DNA of 61,567 nt, the filler included, from Bipalium vagum (taxonomy: Eukaryota), in the NCBI GenBank assembly GCA_037834085.1. It is 3 parts of 3 records of this genome, joined end to end, with 100 filler letters (N's around TTAATTAATTAA, not from the genome) between each part and the next. Parts side by side here need not be neighbours in the genome. Positions count along the whole stretch, not along the records: positions 42,770 to 61,567 come from JBBMKC010018948.1; 2 more parts are not named here. One strand, 5' to 3'. This document shows positions 51,900 through 61,567 of this stretch, piece by piece; the stretch's first letter is position 1; each line of letters begins with the position of its first letter. A program made the translations under genes and the position numbers. The notes under the pieces are model-generated. The model worked only from the letters and a program-made list of their open reading frames with translations, was not told where the DNA came from and ran no database searches.

Positions 51900-52380
51900 A
51901 TAATTGGTGTCAAAATGTTGAAACGGTCAGCTGAGTTTGGAATGGCATTCTTTGTGAATTGCATAAAGAAGAAATGCCATAACAACTTCCACCACTAATG
52001 CTGTGTATCCTAAAGTATTGGACGTCAGAACATGTCAGCATTGCCTGTCTAGATTTAAGGAAAGAAATTTCAATTTATACATAATTCCACGCTGTGGACT
52101 TCCTTCAGAGGTTATTGAAAATTTTATACGGGAATTCATTTATAGGGAACATTGACAAGGGTGAAGACTATATTGGAGTTAGATGCTGCGACAATATCCA
52201 GTTTTCTAAAGCTAATTGATAAGACTAAGAAAGCTGGATATTGGTTCCCCTGACAATTGACAGATTTCCAAAAATCTGTGAGACTAAGAATCTGAACATC
52301 ACAACTTTTTAGATATCAGAGCGCTTCATTTTTAGATCGGATTGTTACTGGTCATGAGAAGTGGATTGCATAAGCCCATA
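51900..52380 (+). mobile_element. mariner transposase relic
   Basis: FLDRIVTGHEKWIA preceded by K..GYWFP (WVPHEL-like). Confidence 0.75.
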
Positions 52381-52949
52381 ATATTTTATTGAAGAATATA
52401 CTTTAGATCATGTAAAATGTCTGTTCATTGCGTAATTTATTATTACTTCCAAGAGAAGAATCTATATTTCACCAGTAAAAGAGTGAAAACATTTTTTTAA
52501 AAAAAATAAATAATTATTTATCAAGTAACATTTTATTTGGACTAGTCTAACCAAAAATTCTTTGGTTGGTTATATTCTTTGTTGGATTTGCTTTTGGTCC
52601 ATAAAATAAATAACAATATATAATATTTAATAATATATAATTCTTTCAACCTGGTCCAGACTGGTTTATCCGTCTGATTCAACGATTTTACTAATTTACA
52701 AATAAAAATTAAAAATATATAAAATTAAATATTCTTGAGGTGTTATATAAAATTCTGTTTGGTTTGTGCAAATGAGAAATCCCATTTTTCTTTATAAAAA
52801 TTATAATTGAATTTCATGATTTTCAGTTCCATATAGGCCTTGGTCCATCGAATTGTTCAACCCTGAATAAACAATAATAAAATTAATTATGTGATACATA
52901 ATATTGAGCATGTAAAGGACACCAATACAAAAGTATTACAAAAATTTCA

Positions 52950-53900
52950 TCAATATTTCGTGTATGAGTCCTTTGATTTGATCAATCCCTTAAACAAGAG
53001 GACGGCATGCTTTGTATTACTTTTTGTCTATAGGCATCATCGCTCATCAAAGTATTACACAAGATTTGTGCGTTATCTAATAATAGTTGAGAATATGAAA
53101 AATTAAAGAATAATTTCATTTGTTGCTAATTTCCCATATACATTTTTGATGCGATTCATATTCGGGCTGTATGGAAGCCATTCCATAACATTTATACCAC
53201 GATCATCAAACCATTTGCACTATGAATCGGTTTATGGATGGAAACATTATCTTGCTGGAATATCTGAACTCCATTATCATCATGAAGAAAGTGAAGAATG
53301 TGTTCGTTTAGCATTTCTGTATATCTATCGGGATTAGAACGACCTTGTAGGTTTAATAAATCAATAAAGGAATTAAATGAAAAAAAGCCACAGACATGAC
53401 ATTTTACTGTACGTCGATAAGGTATTTCAAGTACGAATTTGACATTATATCTCTCTCGACTTTTTCACAGTTTTCATGTCAACAAAGCCAATTTAAAACA
53501 TGGACTAACATCGCTAAATGAAACTTCAAACCAATCAGTATCAACATTCTTCTTAGCCCACAGCAAGTGTTTTCTTTTATCAGCAATCGTAAGCTATCGT
53601 TTCTTAACATAATAATGAACATCATCATAGAGTCGCCTGTTGATTGTTTGGAGAGATATTGTTTGGATGTTACTTAGGTTATTTAATATTCTGTAAGATG
53701 ACTTAAATCTGTTTTCTAAGCATCTTCGCACAATAAGACGATCAAAACGTGCAGGTTTTTTCTACGCCCATGAGAGTTTTTTGTTGTTTTCATTTGATAT
53801 TACATTGTTCAACGCATCAGTTCGTTGACAAAATTTTGCAATGCTTGATTTGCTTATTCCTGTTTCTTGTGCTATGCGATTGTAATTCCATACTACTTGA
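52950..53900 (-). mobile_element. Tc1 (DD34E) transposase pseudogene
   Basis: WFEVSFSDVS, EWLPYSPNMNRIKNVYG and IQSMPS. Confidence 0.75.
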
Positions 53901-55610
53901 AATACAATGCATAAATCTCCCATCTACTAATGCTACTTTTAAAATTTTTACATAAAGTTCATTGTAAATTATTTTAAAACAGAAACCAATAAAATAAAAA
54001 ATTTAGCTTATTTAAATAATTACTTAATTATTTATCTCTTATTACCAAAAATACAAGTGTATTGATTTTGTGGACTTATTCCACAGTGTTGAGATGATTC
54101 AGCACAGTCTGAGTAAAAAATTCATTTTTTGTCAAATTCTCGTGTAATTTGTTTCCGATTATCCATGAGAATTACTTCCAAACACCCTTCATTAAAGCCG
54201 GATTGTCTCCTTGATCATCATTCATGTTGAAATTTTGATTTTAGAATCTAAAAAACCATTTCGGACAGTTATTTTGGAAAAAATTCTTTTCCGTGTACAC
54301 TACATATGTTTTGATCTGATTCTGGGACTTTATAACCGCAGTTATATTCATATAAAAGTATGTGTAGGAAATTTTCAGTTTGAACAACTTGGCACATTTG
54401 TATAAAACTGTGAAAAAAGAGTGCTTATTATGAAAAAAAAGTTTGCTTTAGAAAGAGCAATCATCATCCTTTAGAATAAGTCAATAAAAATGTGATCAAT
54501 ATGTATTGAAATTATATATAAATTTGGTTTCAGTTACAAGGCATGAATTTATTGGACAACCTAATAAATTAACAATTTGGATTGAAGTTCTAGCTTATAT
54601 AGGATTTAATGTTTATATCCATGACTACTTTTGTGAAATTTCTGATCTATATTTTAGGTGCCTGGAAAGTTTGTGGAAACTCGCAAGTTTATGATATCCG
54701 GTTTCTATAACTGATATAATTTGAAAATGTGAAATTAAATTATTATAAATGATTTAAATAAAAAAAAAATTAAAAAATTCCTTTTAAATAAGTAAATATT
54801 TTAAGTTGGAGATAAAAATATTATTTCATACTTACATAAGGAAATTATCGTTCAATGATTTACTATGAATTAAATATGGCCTTACTTCGAAGCAATGTCT
54901 AGATCGATTAAATTAAATACAAAATCACAATTTTTTTGTATTTTTTAATTAAAATATTTTTTGGTACGTTGTAGTTTCTTAACATCCCATAAATTAAAAA
55001 TGCGACTTTTCTTTAATGTTACAAAAAAATGAACAGATCAATTTATTAGATAAAGATGAAAAGATTTGAAATATTCCTGAAATCGTTTATTTATAAAAAA
55101 CTTTATATTTTTGTTGACCCCAAACCTGACTACGTAGTCCCGTCTACGATGAACCTTCCACGCCCTGTTTTGCATATACTTCAGATCCATTTTTTTAAAC
55201 AATAATATATTTTTTGTTTAAGTTCTTGAGAATTTTGGCACTTAAATTCTAATTGTATACAGCTGGCTTAAAATTTTCCAGATTATTAGATTTTTTGCCA
55301 NNNNNNNNNNNNNNNNNNNNNNNNNNNNNNNNNNNNNNNNNNNNNNNNNNNNNNNNNNNNNNNNNNNNNNNNNNNNNNNNNNNNNNNNNNNNNNNNNNNN
55401 NNNNNNNNNNNNNNNNNNNNNNNNNNNNNNNNNNNNNNNNNNNNNNNNNNNNNNNNNNNNNNNNNNNNNNNNTGCTTTTTTAAAGTGAATGTTATCGATT
55501 GGAAAAAACAAATTATAATTATAATTCAGAGCAAAGAAATGTAGTACAAGATAATCAATGAAATCTAAAACTATGTTAAAGCCAAATTCATGGAAATAAA
55601 ACAAAGTCAA

Positions 55611-56804
55611 TCACAGAATGGCGGCCGATGCCTGATAATGACAGTTTTTAAATGAATGATCAAAAATTTCGTTTTTTCTCCTTTCGCTCAATTTCGATTG
55701 TCGATCTTTGAACAATTGGAAATGGACTCGCTCATAGATTTTCATTAACAGATCAATGATCTCAACAATACTGATCAAAGTCAACCCGATCCACATGCTC
55801 AGCAAACCTCCGATCTGACTGAGCAGACTCGTCAATGACAACACCTCTTTCTCTTCGACTTTGTGCAGATTGTTATTGGGCTTGTTGATGATAACGGCAA
55901 TGAGTTTCTTTTCGAGAATGTCCAGCGTGTTCAAGATCCTAATAGCCTGTTCTTCTTTTCGTTGATTGAACAGATTCGACGCTTTTATGTAGTCTTTCAG
56001 TTCGGTTTTGTTTCTAATGTAAGAACCCTTTTTGGAATTCAGCCATGTCAGTTGCCAGGATTTGGCGGGCCAAGTACTTATCGACCGATCGGACTCGTAA
56101 CTGTAGTAGGAACACTGCATAAAACACGTTTCGATAATATCGTTGTGATACAGCACGGTAACGCTGGATTTGCACTTGATATTTTCAATGGACCGTTTCA
56201 TTTCTTCATAGCATTCTTTTCGTTGGGCCATTGAACTTTGGTCTTCACAATTGCCATGATACACAAATTTCGGGAGCGCACCACAAAACGATAGGTTTCT
56301 TTCCAGTATCGGATACTCTATTGCATTGCATTTACATTTCTTGTTGATCTCGGACTGGATCGTCTTTTCTTTACAGAGATGCTCCGTGTAACTGTAAGTG
56401 ATATCGCCAATTTTCAGTAGTTCTGGAGTGCTAGTTTCACATCGACCATATGGTGGAACTTTCATGACGTTGAAAAACGTTTTCAATCTGACTTCGGTTA
56501 GAGTTCCCGGTTGAAGATTAATAGCCTCTTGATTTATATTGGGAAATGATTTGCTTTTGTGTATCACCAGAAGGGCTCCAGATAATTGGGACTTTACATT
56601 TGAAATAAAACAGTCCAAGCATCTGCTGTTATTGGTCTGTTCATCAAGATAAAGGTAAAGCTCAACCGTGTAGACATGGTCAATATATTCGTTGTCAACA
56701 TTATAGGAGAAACAATTGATAAATTGTGCATGAGGGGTATTTGTCCAATTTCCTATGAGATGGCAATTTTTCACACCGTGCTTACTTCCATTTTTGAAAG
56801 TCAC
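55611..56804 (-). CDS. DEG/ENaC (ASIC/FaNaC-like) amiloride-sensitive channel, last coding exon
   Basis: 397 codons follow a TTTTTAG acceptor. Motifs include NCFSYN, LQPGT.TEV, PPYGRC, a Cys-rich thumb (C.C..IEYP, C...C....Y), S...WP and TM2 LLSQIGGLLSMWIGLTLISIVEIIDL. Upstream exons were not identified. Confidence 0.92.
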   Translation of the reverse strand: MTFKNGSKHGVKNCHLIGNWTNTPHAQFINCFSYNVDNEYIDHVYTVELYLYLDEQTNNSRCLDCFISNVKSQLSGALLVIHKSKSFPNINQEAINLQPGTLTEVRLKTFFNVMKVPPYGRCETSTPELLKIGDITYSYTEHLCKEKTIQSEINKKCKCNAIEYPILERNLSFCGALPKFVYHGNCEDQSSMAQRKECYEEMKRSIENIKCKSSVTVLYHNDIIETCFMQCSYYSYESDRSISTWPAKSWQLTWLNSKKGSYIRNKTELKDYIKASNLFNQRKEEQAIRILNTLDILEKKLIAVIINKPNNNLHKVEEKEVLSLTSLLSQIGGLLSMWIGLTLISIVEIIDLLMKIYERVHFQLFKDRQSKLSERRKNEIFDHSFKNCHYQASAAIL

Positions 56805-57229
56805 CTAAAAATAAATAAATAAAATTAACATATAATAAGTTTATGACAGGCTATTTGATGTAATTCGATAAAAATAAGAATATTCTTTCATTTATCAAAA
56901 TCTCATAATCTTTAAAGATAAAAGAGCAGGACATTAGTTATCAGTCACATGAAATATGCAAGGTTTCTGACAGGAACAATGTGTTTGATGGAGAAAGAAG
57001 TGGATGAAAATATGAAATTGACAAGGAGGAATTCAAAACAAAAAAACAATACTTTTGTAAGAATAGAGTCGGATTATCCCGGAGGAACCTGTCTACTACA
57101 GTAAGAAGATTTACAATTTTAAAGTGTAATAAATTTTTGAATGTTTAGTTTTGTTTAGTTGAACTATTGTCGATATGATTATTTTTATTTTATATTATAC
57201 ATCGATTGACGAGTTCAGAAAAAGGTCAT

Positions 57230-57960
57230 AATGACAAAATCAATTTACTAATTGAAAACAATCCCAATTTAACAACACGGACAATCAAAGTTATGTGAAA
57301 TGTTTCCATACCAGATTTGGAAGGCATTTAAAATTACTTGAGTAAATAAACAAGTGCGATATTTGGGTGCCACGTGATTTATCGGAAAAATCATTTGACC
57401 CGATTCTGATTGCATTTCTTTGCTGAATAAAAAAATATTCAGTTTTAAGACAAATTATTACACAGGATGGAAAGAGGGTTATACACAAAAATTTGAAAAT
57501 GATATATGGGATTCAGGTAACAGCTCCAAAAGTAGACAATGTTTTTTTTTGTTTATTAGGATTATTTGAGAATTATCTATAATGAACTTCTATAAAGCAA
57601 CTGAGCAAAAAACGATAAGCTCTGTTGTGCACAATTGGATAGCCTAAAATCAGTTTTTGAAGTAAAATGTCAAAATTTGATCAATAGAAATAAGTTGATA
57701 TTTCACTTGACAATGCAACACCAGACAAGTCTGTTTGGACTCGTCATAAATTGAATAACTTTGGATATGATCTTCTAAAAAACCATCCTATCATTATTTG
57801 TTTGTATTGATGCAAGACTTTTAAGGTACAACATTTCGAGTCTTTTGAAGCTTGTAAAACTGTAATGTATGAGTTATTCAGAACCAAATCCAAAAATTCT
57901 AGGAAGATTAAATTATGCAGATCCCTCAGTGTTTATAGATGATTCCTGATAAATGGTCAA
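57230..57960 (+). mobile_element. mariner transposase pseudogene
   Basis: NPNLTTR, DIWVPRDLS, IITQDGKRV and LDNATP. Confidence 0.8.
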
Positions 57961-57970
57961 TTCCTAAATA

Positions 57971-58049
57971 TACTGTGTGCCAAAATTATCCTCCCACTTG
58001 ATATGTAAATATTTATTTCAAGTGGGGGGTATAATTTTGGCGCACAGTA
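57971..58049. mobile_element. 79-bp palindromic Tc1/mariner-type MITE
   Basis: ~31-bp inverted repeats TACTGTGYGCCAAAATTAT-C-CCCACTTGA, a short AT spacer and TA on both flanks. Confidence 0.8.
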
Positions 58050-59789
58050 TATTTTGATTGTATTTTATAAAATCGGCAAAATACCAACCCTATATGGGGG
58101 GTACTCATAAGTGTTTGATGATAAAAATGTGTAACATCAATATTTTTAATTTTAACTAAAAATAAGTTTTATTATTATTTGTAATTAAACTTTTTTTATT
58201 TCCACTTTACTTTTGATTGCGTCGATATATCTCACTTTCAAAACCTGTGGGTCGTCTGGAAACATTCTGGATAAAAAAAACTTGTTAAGTGAGCTGTATC
58301 AAATTTCAGATATTTTCCATTAGTTTTCTTTCTTAAGGTTCTTTGGTGAATCCATAATTTCCAATTGATTTGCCAAGAAGACAATCTCCTACAAAGAAAA
58401 CTCATGTTTCTTAGTGTATTCTTATATCCATATTGTTTTGTGTGCAGTGCTTTTATTTTCATTTTTTTACCTAATTGCTAGATATATTTTTAAATATATA
58501 ATATTTAAATTTTATTATTATTTATCAAAAATTATTTATTTATTTTAAAATAACTATTTTATTATAATTTTTATTTATTCATAAATTAAATTAAATTTAT
58601 GAATAAAAAATATGACTANNNNNNNNNNNNNNNNNNNNNNNNNNNNNNNNNNNNNNNNNNNNNNNNNNNNNNNNNNNNNNNNNNNNNNNNNNNNNNNNNN
58701 NNNNNNNNNNNNNNNNNNNNNNNNNNNNNNNNNNNNNNNNNNNNNNNNNNNNNNNNNNNNNNNNNNNNNNNNNNNNNNNNNNNNNNNNNNNNNNNNNNNN
58801 NNNNAATACATTTAAGAAAAACTTAATAGTAATTTATTATAATATTATCTCGCGGTAGAGATTATGATAAATGTAAATGTCTTGATCATAAATGTAAAAT
58901 TGAAAAACTTTGTAAATTGCAAAAAAAAGATAAATAGCTCCTAAACAGCACTACAGATAAACAACTTTATTTTGAAATATTTCTTTATTAAAAAATAATA
59001 AGTATAATTATAAACGGTGGACTAATAGAATAATAGCCTAATAATGAAATTATCTTAAATACTCATCCATTCCATTGACTGCAGACAAAATCATCTCATA
59101 CTTTACAAAGTTGAGAACGGCGATTCTGAACAGTATCTTGGACTATAAATATCATTTTAAGTAACTTCTTTTGCATAATCGATTTAAGAATGATGGAACC
59201 TTAACTCTCTTTTAAAAATAAATCCTTTATTTCAAAAAGACGAGTAAAATTACAAAACATTTTCAATTTATTTTTTCACTTATAAACAAGAAATGAAAAT
59301 TAAAATATTTTTTAACTGAGAAGAAAGGTGTTTTTTCATGCAAATGCAAAGAATATTTACCCAAACTATGTCAATAAGCAACCCATTGATCTATAGATCG
59401 TCGCGAACAGAAAAATTGACAGAAAGTTAATTTCATCCAATGTGTTTTTTGCAAGCAATTGTATTTCTTGTAAACATTTGCTTTGAAAAGTGTTCATAAG
59501 TTAATTTTAATAATTTCTTAATTAATCTTTTAATTTAATAATCTTGTTATATTTCTGTAAACTGTAAAAATAATGATTAAATGAAATTTTATTATTGCCG
59601 TTGTTTCAAAATAAATCATACAAACTTCAAAACATTATATAAGCACTTTGTTTATTTACTGCATGAATAATATTTTTATATCAGCGTAATATAAAAATTT
59701 CAATCTATCGAATGTATATTAATTAATTTAAATTGATTTCTTAATATTTTTGTTATTGAAAAATTTGCGATCTGATATTTTTTTAAGAA

Positions 59790-60120
59790 GGCCTTCTTCC
59801 TCTTCCAAGACGGTCACCGTCAAGACCTAGCTCCTTGTACCACGCGATTACATAGAAGTCCTTTTGTTAACACGTCCAGGAACCCCAAGGTTATCAAGAA
59901 GCAGCTGATTACCCGGAAATAAAATCCGCGGGTATAAATCAGAAAAATAACCAGTAAGACCGGCATCAGTCACTCATCTGTTTACTGAATGGCCAAGACA
60001 GAGCTCAACCTGAAGTCTTACAAGCCTACATCCTTAACAGATGTTAACAAAGGATTACGACTCATGAGATGCATGCGATTTCTGCATAGGGCCACACTTC
60101 CATATGTTGTACCCACAAAC
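59790..60120 (+). mobile_element. Possible DIRS-type tyrosine recombinase relic
   Basis: GC-enriched patch. PVRPASVTHLF and RITTHEMHAISA resemble the YR motifs LRP..LF and AHxxRA. Confidence 0.3.
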
Positions 60121-61169
60121 ATACTTAAATGTTATTCTTTGTTAATTTTTCTATTTGTGATATGTTTAATAAATATTTTTATTTATTTCTCCAGGAAGTT
60201 TATAGACGATAATAATTCAATGTCCCTTCTAACGAACTCTTCTATATTGAAATTATCCCTTTGAAAGAATTTTATAACGACTGAGTCACCGATGATATAG
60301 GACACAAAAATGATATTTTTTGAGACATTTTTTTCTGAAATCATAAATTTTGTGACCAATGTTCACTTCAAATATTCCCCATGACACAAAACCAGCTCTC
60401 AATCGATATTCAACTATCTCGTCAACGTCTTTGTTCTTTGTTCTTCCAAAAACTGTTTTAAGAATATTTTTGTTTCGTGAAACGGATTTGAATGTTTTCT
60501 CTTTGACTTAAAATTCTTAAAAATGAATCGATTCTTCAGGTTCTTATCTATCACCAGCACACTCCCAGTAAGCTCTTTCTAATAGGTGCCTAATCTATAG
60601 GCTCCAACCTTGCGCAGACATTTCTTAAATCCTTCAGAAGAATAATTATTATATTATAATCTATTTAGTTTAAAGAATTTGAGCACAGTGAAAATTTATG
60701 GTTTAGGTTAAGTTATTCTCTACTAATTTTCTCACAAGAACATCATTGCATCTATTCTTGATTTTCTTGGTCTTACTGACCATGAACCTCTCATAAAGTT
60801 CTTTTCATTGTATTTCCTGGATAAATATATTTCTTGTACCCTTCTCAAATATGCAAATTTTTTTGTTCCAAGCATTAACAAGCATGAAATAAGTTTCAGT
60901 TCCTTTGGAAATATACCATTGAAGAATTTCAACAAAAATTACTTGTTCTGCTAAAGATTTCTTCTGTTCCAAAAATTCAAAATTTATAATTTTAAAATAC
61001 GCACATTGCCAACCATTATAACATATATAAACACAGCTGAATCAAACAAGATCTAATCAAATTGTCGTTTTGTAATGCTTTGTTATTATTCAATGATTAT
61101 ATATAAATATGTAATAATAGTATATATATATTTTCACCCAAAATATAAATGCGTTATTATAGACTGTTC

Positions 61170-61350
61170 TTTAGGTCATCCTATTTATGAGGCCGGATAT
61201 TTTCTAATCGCTAGACAATGTCCGTAGAATCTGCATTTGTCGGACGCTTTCCGTTTAAATTACACTAAACTGAAAGCATACCCTTCTTTGGATACAATCT
61301 TGTCTTCAATAAAAATTTGATAGCCGACACCGAAATCTTTTACGAACAGT
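61170..61350 (-). mobile_element. Possible pogo/Tigger N-terminal HTH relic
   Basis: KILFVKDFGVG resembles the Tigger/Jerky LAxEFGVG motif. Confidence 0.3.
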
Positions 61351-61567
61351 ATTTTTTAACACTGATAATCAATTTTTTCAAGTTAAAAAAGCGAATTGCA
61401 TATTGAATCATGTGCCAAAAATTATATTATATATTATTTATGTGCCTCGGAAACAGTATCGGTGTTTTTAGATAATTTTTCTTATCTTCATGAATGAAAA
61501 GATCGAAACATGTTTCAAGATACTAGTTTATTGAATAAAATATTGTGTTTTCGTAAAAATTCGTTAA

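Noticed and set aside
55863-56234. 123-aa plus-strand ORF
   Set aside because: Antisense shadow of the DEG/ENaC exon.

Overview
This is very AT-rich eukaryotic (metazoan) draft-assembly DNA with five N-gaps and short GT-AG introns. The composition and element repertoire fit a planarian flatworm, which is inference only. Three host genes are readable: a six-exon 3' part of a WHAMM/JMY-like actin nucleation-promoting factor (21051-28501, +), a two-exon HMGB gene (33513-34163, +), and the 1.2-kb last exon of a DEG/ENaC channel (55611-56804, -). Most other recognisable sequence is decayed transposons: many Tc1/mariner, pogo, hAT, Merlin, Penelope, MITEs and a three-copy LTR family. The most complex block, 35.5-42.5 kb, is a fragmented Maverick/Polinton (adintovirus-type) endogenous virus. 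It has protein-primed PolB, a major capsid with an apparently duplicated paralogous segment, an integrase and a PLA2-like gene. It is interrupted by one Gypsy retrotransposon and abutted by a related one. Both Gypsy elements keep a -1 ribosomal frameshift signal (C CCA AAA plus hairpin). All family assignments come from reading motifs by eye; no searches were run.
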